This document shows positions 1-13,164 of a stretch of DNA of 64,000 bases, piece by piece. Location of the stretch: the NCBI GenBank assembly GCA_030295235.1, contig AP026129.1, positions 1,240,001 through 1,304,000 of the forward strand, in the 5' to 3' direction. The notes under the pieces were generated by a model. That model was given only the letters and a program-made list of their open reading frames with translations, ran no database searches and had not been told where the DNA came from. Positions within the stretch are counted from its first letter, which is position 1; each line of letters starts with the position of its first letter. A program made the translations under genes and the position numbers. Source of the stretch: Fistulifera solaris. Lineage: Eukaryota.

Positions 1-1
1 G

Positions 2-319
2 ATGGAACAGAATTTGGGGGATTGGTTGGAAGACAATTATTTCACCGCCGAGCATGCGCAACAGATCCGGGCCGGTGTTTTGCAGCTATTGGGAAGGATC
101 CGCCCCAATGCGGTGGCCTTGGTGGATGCTCGTGATATTTCCGATTTCCGTCTCAAGAGTGCCTTGGGACGGTACGATGGGAATGTGTATCCAGCCATAA
201 TGGAGGCGGCGCGTCGGGATCCGTTGAATCAACACGAGATTGGACCCGGGTACGAGCATCTAAAGAAATTGATTGTGGATGGTGTAGGAAAGTATCGTGG
301 GCCTACTTCTCGGTTATAG
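2..319 (+). CDS. ACOX: Peroxisomal acyl-CoA oxidase, C-terminal part (gene starts left of the window)
   Basis: IRPNAVALVDA...SALGRYDGNVY motif typical of the ACOX C-terminus; ends in the PTS1 tripeptide SRL. Confidence 0.9.
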   Translation: MEQNLGDWLEDNYFTAEHAQQIRAGVLQLLGRIRPNAVALVDARDISDFRLKSALGRYDGNVYPAIMEAARRDPLNQHEIGPGYEHLKKLIVDGVGKYRGPTSRL

Positions 320-991
320 TTTGTCGTTAGAGAAGAATTGTATTGCTTTTATTTCGTTGGTGGAAAAGAGTGTATTCTACCAGACTAGTTAAAGCGCTTC
401 GTTCTCCGTCCGGGACTGAAAAATGGTCCCTCTTTCATACCGGGTAGTCGTCAAATTGATGCAAAAAAATTATGATCAGCAAACGTTTTTCGACGCAATT
501 ACCAGGTACTCCAGGCGTGTCATACCAATGCTGCGCAAGGTTCTTTTAGTAACGCTACCAAGCAAGGAATCCTTGCTACCAGGTACGGTACCGGTTCCAG
601 GTATTGCGCTTCTTGTTTCTGCCAAAATGGGCGAAATCAAACTCATGACTGAAATGCAGTCGTAGAAAAGGTCTCTTACACGCTACAAGTATAGTAACCT
701 GAACGGATAAGGTATTACAGTGGCTCATTGGTACCGTTATGATGAAACGGAACTCCATTGATGAAAGAACGAATTACCGGTACGAGACGCTATTCCCGGA
801 CTTCCCTCCAAGAAAAAACGCGCAGACGATGATCTTTTGCCGCCGCCATGGCGCTCGTCGAACCCAAAGACGCACCACGCGAAACAAAACCTGATGTGCG
901 AGAGTTCCTTCCCTATAATTGGTGCTGGTGTCGTTCCCTCTAATAGACTATAGAATACCTTTAGAGCGTTCAATTCACAGAAAGAGAGAGA

Positions 992-3900
992 ATGGCATCG
1001 ATTACGAAATTAGCGATCCGTGGCGTGCGTTCGTTTAGTCCGGAGGATGATGAACAGGTACGAACGAATTGCATCATTGTGTTGCGTTCCTTCCCTTTTG
1101 ATCGCCCATCATCTCACTCTATATATATTGACAAGGTCCTAGAATTCTTTTTCCCGTTACTATTATCGTGGGAGCCAATGGGTGCGGAAAGTACGTTTCG
1201 TGAATGGTGTCATTCATACGTCTCTCATTCGTTTTTCAATCTCATTCGCTTGTTTCTTTCAAAGGACCACCATTATTGAAAGTTTAAAATACGCCATTAC
1301 GGGTGGCATGCCCCCGGGCGCGAATTCGGGACGTTCGTTTGTCCACGATCCAAAAAGCATCGGTCAACAGACCGTCAAAGCGAGTGTCAAATTGCGTTTC
1401 ACGAGTAAAGTGCGTGTTGCCATATGATGTCTGTGCTGCTGATCCATGTTCGCCTTTTTTGCCTTTTTTCTCCTCTTACCCCGTTCCTTCTATAGGCCGG
1501 ACAAAGCATGGTCGTAGTCCGTTCGATGGAATTGTCACAAAAAAGACGACATCGACGTTCCGTCAACTTGATGGTGTACTCCGCACGCAAGATCCGAACG
1601 GTGTCCGTCGGAACATTTCGCACAAATGCACCGAATTGGATCGACAAGTACCGCAATTGATGGGTGTCTCGAAAGCCATTCTAGATTATGTTCTCTTTTG
1701 TCATCAAGAAGATTCGTCCTGGCCGTGACAAGACAGTGCTGTTTTGAAAAAACGCTTTGATGAAATTTTTGATTCGTCGCGGTACACCAAAGCCATTGAA
1801 GTTTTGCGCAAGAAGGAAAAATCCTATATCAGTCTGGCCAAAGACATTAAAGTCGATTTGGCCGGTCTTCAAAGTCACAAACATGCGGCACAAGGATTTC
1901 GGAATGAATTGGAGACATTGAACGAAAATTTGGAAGAATTGGAAGATACAAAGAAGGATGCTTTGCAGAAATTGGCCGCGACCGAAGACGAAATTGCAAC
2001 TTACCGGGAAAAGATTGATGCGTACGAAAAGTTAGATAATGAAATTGATGTGCGGAAGAATGAACTGTATCAAACGAAATTTAATATTCAGACGCAAAGA
2101 GACTTGTTGGATGAAGACATGACCGAGACGCATACGTTGGATGAATTGCAAACCATGCTCCGTGAATTTGATGATAATACCTCTTCGGAACGAGATCAAA
2201 TCGACACACTGACACGAAAAGTCCGTGTCATTCAAACGAAAATCAGTGATCTGGAACAAGAAGAAAATCAGTTGAAGGGCGACATGGCCCAGTGGGAGGC
2301 CGAAAAGAAGGCACACGACAAACGCTTGCGATCCCGCAATGATCAAATGGAGTCCATTGTTCATTCTCATGCGGTGGATTTGGATTTGACCCAAACGCAA
2401 TTGGAGCAGTCTTTCGTGCAGTCTCTTGCGAACAATACGATGAGTCAACGAGGCCAACATCATCTCAGTCAGGAGAGTTACATGTCGGTCAATGCCGATG
2501 AAATGGGAAGCTTTTTGGAATCGGTGGAGAAGAAAGAGCAAGAGCTTTCGAAAGTGCTAGCCGATCACAAGCAAAAGATTAAGGCGGATGATAGCGAGTA
2601 TTATGCCACTATTGGAGCACTAAACAGTAAAATGGATATCGTCAAGAATGGTTAGTGTCGTGGGAACAGTTCTAAAGTAACTGCGCGTAAAACACTAAAT
2701 CTTTTTAATTCTCGTTGCAGATCTGGCTCGGTTGGAACAGCAGAAGAAAGAATACCACGATGAGTTGAATGCGATTTCACAACGGTCGACGAGTACTGGT
2801 CGACTGCGAAAAACCGATGTAAGTCTTAATAGATGATGAGAAAAATTACAGAGGCACGTTTCTCATCGATGAGCTATTGCTTGACAGGTGGATGAAGCTC
2901 GAAGAAAAGCAGTCGACGCAGGTACGTCCAATTCGATTCTTCTCTTTGTCGTTTGCTCCAATAAATCTAACCAAATGGTATGATCGGTTTTAGCCAAACA
3001 ACTCCAGGATGCAAATCAGGAGGCGAAAGAAGCAGATATACCTGCCAAGATCAGTAACGAAGAGCGAAAATCGAGCCTTTTGAAGCAGCAGATCGACGAT
3101 GATCGCATGGTGCTTGAGACGCTTCGTTTCTCAGCTGAAGAGCAACAGAATATTTTGATTCTCAAAGACCAGACTACAAAGGAAAAAGAAGAGCTCGATG
3201 AATCTATTCGCGAAAATGTATCCCTGCTACAAAAGTTTAATCTTTCTGCTCCCATTCTCCCTTCCATCGAAGGTAGCGATAATGGTGCTGAACTGCAGAA
3301 AGTCCTGGAAAAGCTCTCTGATCATGTACACGAAAAGTATGACGATATCCACTCATCGCTGATGCAAGCGACGGATGAAGTTCTTCGCTCCCAAAAAGTG
3401 GCTTCAGAAAAGAGCGCGTTGTTGACTAATCATCAACAGTCCCTTGCATCATTGAAGTTGAAAGCTGATGGTTTGAGTGGAAAAGTTGAATGGATGAAAC
3501 AAGTGTTAGGAGAAATCCGGCAGCATGAGACAAGCATCGGAGAGGATTTCCACGGAACCGAGGAATCACCGCGTGATGTGCTAAACTACTTGGATAAAAG
3601 AATCGACGATCTGGATCAGGAAGTCTCCGCTGACGATCGAAAAGTAGTCAAGAGTGTGATCATGCGTTTGAAGAAAATGGTAAGGTTGACGAACCGGAGG
3701 GTAGATGAAAGAGCAAGCATCTAATCAATTTCTTTTTCCACAGGCTGTTCACCAGGGTGAGAATGGCGGTTACGTCGTTTGCCCTTGTTGTCAGACACAT
3801 CTTCCATCAAATGAGCAGATTAAGGTCTTTCAAGACACACTTCGTTTGTTTGCGAGCCAAGATTCTCCCCTCATGGCTGAGTCGAACGATAGGAATGCGG

Positions 3901-5989
3901 CATTGAAACCCATATATGAAGGATGGAGGAAAGTCGTTGTCTCGTGCATGGATGATGTGCGGGACTTTCACAGAATCGATCACGAGATCCATGACCTCGA
4001 AAAAACGGCACAGGGTCTCTTAGATGATTGTAACAGAATGCGCGACACGTTGAAGAAGCAAGAGGGCTACAAATTGGATTTGGAAGCCGACGACAGGGAC
4101 CTTCGTGAGCTGTTTGACATGACAAAACGATGGTGCGACGACGGCACTAAAATCGCTGAGAAACGCATGAGTATCGTTCAAAAACAGTTGGACCTCAATA
4201 CGAGCTTACCAGAAACAGGCAGGGACCTAAAGACAGTGGAACGTGATATCGCAAAGAAGAGCGAGGAGAAGGAAGAGACTGCATCTAAAATCTCGAGTCT
4301 TTTGAAAACTCAGCAAGCCATGATGAACAAGATTTCGTCACTCAGTGGACTGGTACGCTTCCCTTGACTTGAATTGTTTTTTTCGTCAGTTGATTGGTTA
4401 ACTCATAATTGTATTTTTTCTTTCTTGGAAGGCACAACGCATGGAGCAGCTTGCTCGTGACAAAGAGGAAAAGTTCTCGGAAGAACGCAAGAATGCAGAC
4501 CGCAAAGTGGAGCTCAGCGATCTCATACGCAATATTTTAGGAGAAGAGAGAAAGGTACGATCGTGCAGTGCTCACAATGTTGGTTGTGCTGCGCGCTTAA
4601 TTCTGACATGATGGTATCTTGATTTTAGCTGCAAGAGCAACTAGCGCCGATCAAAAGCAAAATCTCAGCCAAAGAATCGGAACAAGTAAAGATGCGAGCA
4701 TCCGGTGAACAAGAAGAAGAACGCTTGATCGAGGCGCTTGGGCTTTTTAAAGCAGATCTCGCCGAACTGAAGAAGACCCAAGAAGAAATCATCAAGTACG
4801 AACTCTCCAATCCCGATGACCAGAAACAGGAGATCGAAGCCAAGATGAAGAGAGTGGCCGACAGTATTTCTGCAAAGAGACAGGAAGCCAACGCTGTCAT
4901 GAACGATTTGAACAAACGCAAGAGCTCTCTGCAGGACCAAGATCGCAAGAAAAAGCAACTTATTCATAACATCACTATCATCGAATCGACGCGCAAAGTA
5001 AGTGAATTGGAAAAGGAGAAGAGAGAGCTCGAGCGTAAAACACAAGGATTGGAGAACATGAGTTCTCTTTTCGACAAGTTAAACGCGGCAGAGACTAGAA
5101 AGTCGAAAGAGCAAGAGCTGAAATTCCGGACGGAAGGTCGATGGAGTGAACTGGTGGAGCAAATTCGTACACTCAAAGTAAGTCCTACGCACGGTACACG
5201 TTTGGATGTTCTGCTAGCTCACCAACGCCTTTGTAGAGAAAGCTGGCTTCGCCGGAGTACAAAGATATTGACGAGAGGTGCCGCAAAACAACCATCGAGC
5301 ACACGACAACTCTTCTTGCGGCAGAGGATCTAAAAAAGTATTACTCGGCTATTGACAAAGTAAGTCCACATGCTACTCGTTTTGCTTCCAGTGATGGATA
5401 GTTCTTCTCACGAGCGTGACCATACCAGGCACTTTTGATGTTCCACGGGCTCAAGATCGCCGAGATCAACAAAATCATTCGTGAACTGTGGATGCTAACC
5501 TACAAAGGGGAAGATATCACGAACATTGAGATTGTGAGCGGCCAAGAGACGGGTTTGAAAGCTGGAAAGTCTTACAATTACCGTGTGGTGATGACCAAGG
5601 GTAGCTCCGAAATGGATATGCGTGGGCGTTGCAGTGCCGGACAGCGCGTTTTGGCTAGCATTGTGATTCGACTGGCCTTGGCGGAGACGTTCGGAATCCA
5701 CGTGGGAAGTTTGGCACTGGATGAGCCTACCGTGAACTTGGATTACAAGAACAAACAGGGCCTGGCGGTAGCGTTGGCTCAAATTGTGGCTTCAAGATCG
5801 CAGCAGCGTAACTTTCAATTGGTTTTAATCACGCACGACGAAGACTTTGTCAGTATGATGAAGACGGAGCTGTCGTCTCTGACAGGATTTTCCATGCCCG
5901 AAAAGTACTTTCAAGTACGCCGTGAAAAGGCCATTGACGGCAAGTACTACTCCAAGATTGATGCAGTAGACTGGGATGAGTTGATCTAA
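992..5989 (+). CDS. RAD50: DNA repair protein RAD50 (multi-exon SMC-like ATPase); two frameshifts and one in-frame TGA in this assembly
   Basis: [15 protein letters not shown]; spliced Walker [23 protein letters not shown]; long coiled coils; zinc hook CPCC (~3780); MRGRCSAGQ signature, LALDEPT Walker B, ITHD; about ten short GT-AG introns. Confidence 0.96.
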
Positions 5990-6075
5990 GAGGATTATAG
6001 TGGAAACGTTTTGTTGCCGACCAGAGCCAAGGTGAAAAACTTGCCAATTCATATAGTTGTAGCATTCTAGATGAT

Positions 6076-6786
6076 TTAGGAGAATATACTAAAAAGTGTC
6101 TTTCGTTGGGTCAGATCTTTCTTCATGCAAATGATAACAGTATCGGATTGACGGAGCGTTCCATCGGATCCGGGCAGCAATGTTTTCGCCTCCGCATCGC
6201 GCCATTGCGGTTTATAGCCTAGCTTTTGGTACAATCGGACCGCCGCCGGATTGCGTTCTTCCACATAGAGATAACATTCCTGAAAATCATTGTCTCTGGT
6301 GAAATTTTCAATGGCCGCCACCATTTGTTCCGCAATCCCTCGTTTCCGAAATGACCGACGAACGACCAAATTGCTCATGAGTGGAGCCCGGCACGCGATT
6401 TTCCCCCGCAACGAGTCTTCCGGTATCTTTTCGACTTCGACTCCCGCACACGCTACAATGGTGTCTCCGGAATATCCCACCAATAACGCCGAACTCGGAT
6501 TGCGATTGCAATAGCGACTGTTGAATTCGGCGGTTTGAGATTGTAGTAATTGTTTTCGCTGACGTTGGGTTAATTCACGAGAACCTCCACCGACTTTATT
6601 CGTCCAGAACTCATCGACAAAGAATTGACTGATATCATCGAGTTCTTGTCGCGTGAGTGCTACGATTTCGAGATTGCGGAGGGGAAAGAGCAGCGCGCCG
6701 ATGCCATGAATGGGTGCAGTAAACCAGGCCTGTGACGATGTAATCAGCCAAAGGAAAGTTATGAGGCGACAGGTTCGATCGATCAT
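6076..6786 (-). CDS. GNAT-family N-acetyltransferase, probably plastid-targeted
   Basis: SNLVVRRSFRKRGIAEQM acetyl-CoA motif A; LYVEERNPAAVRLYQKLGY motif B; signal peptide ending SQA-W. Confidence 0.85.
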   Translation of the reverse strand: MIDRTCRLITFLWLITSSQAWFTAPIHGIGALLFPLRNLEIVALTRQELDDISQFFVDEFWTNKVGGGSRELTQRQRKQLLQSQTAEFNSRYCNRNPSSALLVGYSGDTIVACAGVEVEKIPEDSLRGKIACRAPLMSNLVVRRSFRKRGIAEQMVAAIENFTRDNDFQECYLYVEERNPAAVRLYQKLGYKPQWRDAEAKTLLPGSDGTLRQSDTVIICMKKDLTQRKTLFSIFS

Positions 6787-7143
6787 GAGCTTCTTTACTG
6801 GTTAAAGTAGATAAAGAAAGTCACGTAGCATGTTCTAATTGGAAAGTCTCGCGTTGTTATTGTAATGCGATGATCATGGAGATTTGACCGACGACCCGTC
6901 GTGAAAGTGAAAAACGCCAACCCGCAATCCGCAATCCGAAACAACCAAGTCCCGGGTCGAGTCACGAGTAGACGTTTAAGTGCTCGCACCGGTACTACCA
7001 CTGAGTCACTCATTTTCACATGCCGATGACGACGATGACAGACGAGCACATGACAATAGTAGTAAGAACGCTAAAACCACGACACATCACAAATTATTTT
7101 CGTCATCATTATTTACTTTCGTGTTGGCTTTTTCGTCTCGACC

Positions 7144-8626
7144 ATGAAAGTATTCTTTTTCTGGGTCTTTTCTGTAGCTACTGGGGTGTATGGCTTCCGT
7201 TGCACCCCCACCGATACTCGTCCGCAGTGTCGTCTGTCGCTGTTTCAAAGGACGAAGAGCCGATGACGGATCGGCGTAAACTGTTTCAATATGCGGCTGG
7301 TCTCTTTACGGCCACGACGTATCCTTCTTCTTCGAATGCAGCTAACGAATTTCTTGTGCCCACACCGAAATTCGATAAAGACATCAATTGGCCACTTGGA
7401 AAAGTGGCCTTTTCGTTGTTGCCGTTGCAGGGTGGTTCACAACGTGCGACGGTCGAAACCTGCATTGTGCCTGGCCAAATCTGGACGTACGATCAAATCC
7501 AAGGCATTGTCAATGTCAATGTCCCGGTCCGACAAACGGTGATTGCTCTCCATGGGGGCGGTTTGTGGGTGCACAATCCGGTCGCACCGACACCGCAATT
7601 GCGGGAGAGGATGCAACAACTCATTCAGCAATACGGTCCCATTAAACACATTGTGTTGGGTACTGTGGCGGTCGAACACAAGGCGACCTTTGGAGCCTTT
7701 GCTTCGTATTATCCAAACGCGACGGTTTGGTTGCAACCGGGGCAATGGAGTTTTCCCATCTCCTTGCCGATTGAGTTTCTGGGAGTCCGACAACGGGGTC
7801 AACGATTACGAGAACTACCCGTGGCCGGTCAAATGGTGACTTCGGCCGCGTATGCGGCACAAGCACAACGAAATCCTATCCCCGAATGGAGCAACGAAAT
7901 TGAAATGGAAACGTTGGGTCCATTGACCTTTCGATCCGTGGGAGCGTTTTCCGAAACGGTTTTTTATCACAAAGCCACGCGAACGTTGTTGGTGACCGAT
8001 TTGGTCGGTCGTGTGTCGGACGAACCGCCGGCGATTTTGCAACAGGATCCACGAGCTCTTTTGTATCATGCACGAAATAAAGCGACCGACTCGGTCGAAG
8101 ATACGCCCGCGGCACGTCGCAAGGGATGGAGGCGCATGGCTTTGTTCGGACTCGTCTTTTTCCCTCCCAGATTACCGTTTCCAGTGTGTCACAGGCGTTT
8201 GCGGAAGCAAAACAAATTCCGGCATCGTTGCGCAATTTGGGAAGTGGTGCGGTCCCGTTCCAACTCTATCCATGGTCCTGGCCAGAGGGTGATGTCGATT
8301 TCCAAAACTTCAATGCGTTCAAAAACAAATTGTTCTGTCCGCCCATTTTGACACAACTGATTCTCAATCGCGAAGTGGATCGAACATTGGCGTTTGTGGA
8401 CCGAGTCGCGACACGCTTTTCGGGCATGAAACGCATCATTCCGGGACATTTGGACAACAATATACCAGCCACCGCGAAAGATTTTTTGAAAGCCTTTGGA
8501 TCGCTGCGAAAGTGCGACGCACCACCCGGTCCTCTCAAAAAAGATTTGAATCTACTGCAATCCGTGAGTAAGGAGTTCACCAAGCTTGGAATAGTGGCAC
8601 CGGATGGCGTTTGTCGGGACGTATGA
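7144..8626 (+). CDS. DUF4336-type protein (cyanobacterial/plastid, metallo-hydrolase-like); frameshifted near 7205-7240 and 8160
   Basis: IVPGQIWTYDQIQG, GGLWVHNPVAPT, VEHK, ETVFYHKATRTLLVTD, IIPGH motifs; ATG 7144 begins a signal peptide MKVFFFWVFSVATGVYG-F. Confidence 0.8.
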
Positions 8627-9148
8627 TGGACAGAATTTGGAATCGTTGTTAGCAATATTTGCTTTCTCTCGGTTACATGAGTCGTCTTTCAATCTGCTGG
8701 ATGAGGTAGAAATCATGAACGCCCGGCAGTAGATGTTGTCTCTTACCACAACAACTCCGAGTGAACTTTCGGTTCCTCCGTTGATGCGGAAAACATCACG
8801 CGAACGCAGCTATTTCACGCTTAAGTATCAATCAAACACAAATTTATGAATGTTTCGCGAAGCAGGACACCTGGACGAATTTGGAGCTTGATGTTTCGTG
8901 TTTTGGATTCTTTAGCTGCAAGAAGCGATTCGGAACGTTGCTCCTATCGCCAGCATTGGTTTTGTTGTGCTCGGTACGTAGGAATCGAAGCGTCGATTCA
9001 ATTGGTTTGGGTATTTATCTCATCAATTGCTATTTAGTATAATCGAAAGCTGTTATGTTTATACGGTTTCTGCTTCTCATGTACGAAGTGATTCATGCAA
9101 TTATATTGAGAGGATTCTTCCTGATAGGCAAGGTATCCTGCTGTATCC

Positions 9149-11873
9149 TTAGTTGCGGCGAAGGAGGCGAGACCTGGGATTGCACGTGGAAACACCCATG
9201 TTTCCAGCTTGATCCGTCGCGCGAACTTGTGCAACTCCCCCTGCCAGTGATTGTAATAGGAATTGTCGCAAGATCGACCTTGGGAGTGGCGCTTTTGTTT
9301 CTGATATACCTGAAAACCGTTCCCACTGGATAAGGCCCAAACGACACTTTAGAAGTCAAGTCATAGACGTTATAGCTTGCAACGCCGCAATTGTCACTAC
9401 CGCCCACCCTGAAGACGTTGGCATCCGCAGCATTGTCGAGCAGACAACTTGCCTTGGGTTTTTCATAGTCCTCGACAATCACGTTTGTACTACAAGTGTC
9501 GCTGTTGCCGGCAGCATCTTGGACTGCGTAAGTGATGGTGGTAGATCCTGGCGAAAAGGGGTTTGCTGCGTCGTTAGTAGGAGTCAAGCTTTGATCACAG
9601 TTGTCTGTCACGTTAGCTACGGGAATAGGAACTGTCGCGTAACAAGAACCCGCGTCCATACCAATGATGAGATCAATGGGACAATCAAGCACTGGGGCTT
9701 CATTGTCGTCGACCTGCACTGTAATCGAACAGCTTGCGGCATTGCCAGAACTATCGCTGACATCGAATGTGACAGAAGTGGAGCCAAGCGAGAAGGGACT
9801 GGTCGAATCTGCTTGGGGAGTCAATATACCATCACAATTATCAGTAGCGGTAGCGGTGCCGATGTCGATAGTAGCCGAGCATACACCCAAATCGGTCGTT
9901 GCAGCAACCGAAGAAGGACAGATAATTGTTGGGCCTTGCTCGTCATTGACTTGGACCGTCATAGAGCAACCCGCAGAGTTACCGGAATCATCGTCGACAA
10001 TGAATGTGACCGAGGTGGAGCCGAGCGTGAAAGGACCAACAAAATCTGGCTGAGGATTCAAGTCAGAGTCACAGTTGTCTGCGGCAGAAGCAGAACCAAT
10101 ATTGACGGAGGACGTGCAAATATCTGGATCTGTGGCCGTAATGATTGCAGGCGGGCACGTGATCGTCGGAGCTTGTTCGTCGTTTACAAGAACTGTCATA
10201 GAGCAGCTGGCAAAATTGCCAGAATCATCATCGACACGGAATATGATAGAAGTGGAGCCAAGATCGAAGGGGCCAGAAAAATCTGGCTGAGGATCCAAGT
10301 CAATGTCACAGTTGTCTACGGCAGAAGCTGAGCCGATATCAACAGACGACGTGCAAGTATCAGGATCCGTAGTCGTAATTATCGAGGGCGGACAAGTAAT
10401 CGTTGGGTCTTGTTCGTCGCTGACCTGAACCGTCATAATGCAACTCGCAGTGTTGTCAGAGTCATCACTGACACTGAATGTGACCGAGGTGGAGCCGAGC
10501 GTGAAAGGACCAACGAAATCTGGCTGAGGATCCAAGTCAATGTCGCAGTTGTCCTCAGCAGAAGCGGACCCAATGGCGACCAGAGACGTGCACGTATCGA
10601 TATCCGTAGTCGTCGTGATATCGGGCGGACAAGTAATCGTTGGGTCTTGTTCGTCATTTACTTGAACCGTCATAGAGCAGCTCGCTGCGTTGCCGGAGTC
10701 ATCACTGACACTGAACGTGACGGATGTGGAGCCAAGATCGAAGGGGCCAGAAAAATCTGGCTGAGGATCCAAGGTAAAGTCACAGTTGTCTACGGCAGAA
10801 GCCGAACCAATATCGACAGAGGACGAGCACGTGTCAAGATCAGTTCCAATCGAAATATCCAATGGACATGTCATAGCTGGAGCGGACGTGTCGATACCTG
10901 CAATAAAAATACATTCGGAGACTTCGACCGAAGAAGTAGCAAGATTTCTCTCCCCCACTGCGTCACTCCCCATAGCTTTGACGCATAGCTCGTTCGAGCC
11001 CAAGTTGATCGGAATGACTTGTGAGAAAGATTTCATATTTGGACCTGGCAAGTTACCCATGGGAGCAGAGGGAAGAAGATTGTAAGGGTTTGCATTAAAT
11101 TTGTAGAAAAGATCTTTGAGCGTGGTTCCGATGACGCTGTTAATGTTGAAACCGGTGACGCTGGAAACGGAGTTACATCGCCCACCATTTCGGTGCAAGC
11201 CCCCAAGAATACCATTACAGCCAACAGCGCCGATGGCAATTGTCTCAATGATGACCCTCTTATTTGGAAGATTAGCCAAGGCATTCGCGTTGTTTGTAGT
11301 AGCCGTTGGAGCAGAAGTACAAGCGGTGTTGGATGCAAAGAGAACAATCACCGTCTGGGCCGGACTTGTGAGTGCTCGTGCATTGGCCGCGCTGAGTGCA
11401 GAAGCGCAGTTGCTGTTTGGATTCGTAGACAAAGCCAGCAAATTGATTTCGCTTTTCATTGCACCTGCATCCCCTAGGGCAGCTGACCCAGATGCGCCGC
11501 TTCCAAATCGCACAACAGCGCCGTTGAGAGCAGATCCTCGGCCGAACACTTCGTCCGTCATGGCTGTGAAAGCACCTTTTAGCTCTGTAATGAGGACAGT
11601 ATCGGTCGATCCTTGATTGATGACAAAGATGTAGGTAACACCCGGGACGTTACCAACATCAGCCGTGCCTTGGAACGGCGTGGTCGCCGTGCAAGTAGGA
11701 CCGACAGGAACTGGCAGAACAGGTGTAATGTCGACACGAAGCGCTGCCCCGTTGGTTAGTGGGTTGGAGGTGAGCAGTGAGCGAGCGTGAGCGTTGGTGG
11801 CACCCAAATCTTCGTGGCTCCATGTTGGTGCGATCACCAGGAAGGTCGAGGTTACAATAGCTGAAATCTTCAT
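9149..11873 (-). CDS. Secreted protein: signal peptide, degenerate vWA-like domain, six HYR (hyalin/Ig-like) repeats, C-terminal beta domain
   Basis: Repeats D-x3-P-x-I-x-CP...A-x-DNC...F-x-LGST-x-VTF-x-V-x-D-x-SGN-x2-SC; frameshift in the C-run near 9237-9241, best C-terminus QVRATDQAGNMGVSTC...RRN* at 9149. Confidence 0.8.
9470..10895 (-). repeat. Intragenic tandem array of six ~237-bp HYR units with a 474-bp higher-order period
   Basis: GCCAAGATCGAAGGGGCCAGAAAAATCTGGCTGAGGATCC at 10257 and 10731; GAGGTGGAGCCGAGCGTGAAAGGACCAAC at 10012 and 10486. Confidence 0.9.
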
Positions 11874-13164
11874 CGGGGTGACAAGATCTGTGTGAAATGA
11901 ATTGGGTTAGAAAATAGAAAGGGTTTAATGCGATTGTTTCATCATTTAGCTTTGCTTACAAATGAATAATGATTTCGTCGAGAGGAGCAAAAAAATGAAA
12001 GAGAGAGAAGCTTGGTGTATTCAGCGGTTGACTATGACGTTATGAGATTTTGACACCGTGACACGAAGATCTACGAAATAACGAAACATCATCCGCTTCG
12101 CTTTGCATGGTCCGAAGTCCAGATGTCAAGAAAGAAGAAAAAGACGCCGATGATTCCTTTTATCCGTTTCAAGTACTGATTGTTCTGTGATCAAGTACTG
12201 TTTGTTCTGTGATTTTATAGTACGGGGTAAACTCTTATCTCCTCGCTCTGAAGTTCAGCATTTTGCAATCCCTGTGCTGTGTGCTGTACTGTGCTGTGCT
12301 GCATTCGTTTCTATTGAAGGGGCCAATGGCCAATGCTGTGACATTTGCAATAATGTGCAAAATGCAAAATAATGAGGGTCAAGATTCAAGATGCTAGGGA
12401 AAAGAGGGCAACGGCAACCGGCAATGGGCAACAATGTTGCAATGGTGGATGCTGCTTCTTTTTTCTTTTCTACGGAGTTATTACGTTTCTCGGTTTTATG
12501 TTGTAAGTAGTATGCCTGTAGGGGAAGTGGGAATTGCTGAAATGCTTTTGACGACGAAATACGAAATGTGAAGAGAGGAGCACAACGGGGGCAATATATC
12601 TCATATCTTTAGCGGAAAACATTATCCTTTCTTATGTACTGTACTTCTTACTTCGAATTTCTCCGCTTCTGTGTTCTGCTCTAACGTTGTTTTACATAAA
12701 GTTCTCGTCATTCGGTGTCATTTCTACGTAGCACTCATTATCTAAAGTATATCCAAAGTGTGCGATAAAACCACAAATCGCTGCTTTAAACTAATAGCAT
12801 GAGGGCATAAATATTGGCGCATGCAGCTTTTCACCAACTTAAAAGCAAAGGCGACACTCTTCAATCCAATCCAAGCACTATATTATGTATGTGTACTGTG
12901 TACCTCATAGTCTACCCCACAGCATTCACGACGATTCATGACTAAATTACTATACTGGAAACGGTAAGGTTCATGGTACAAGGAAAAGAGGACTTAAAAG
13001 AAGCGTGACTCCTCCCCCCTTTTGGTTTTGATCCAACTTGAAGTTTGGTGAAACGGCGCGTTTGTGCAGCGTGAACGTTGTTGTTTCCTTCTTTGCGTCT
13101 TTCAATGGGCCTGGAACTCTTACTACCCCTCAATCAATATTGTTGTTATTGATAGATAGACAAA

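Noticed and set aside
9470..10895. Regularly spaced repeats as a possible CRISPR-like array
   Set aside because: They are in-frame HYR protein repeats with homologous, not unique, spacers; eukaryotic context
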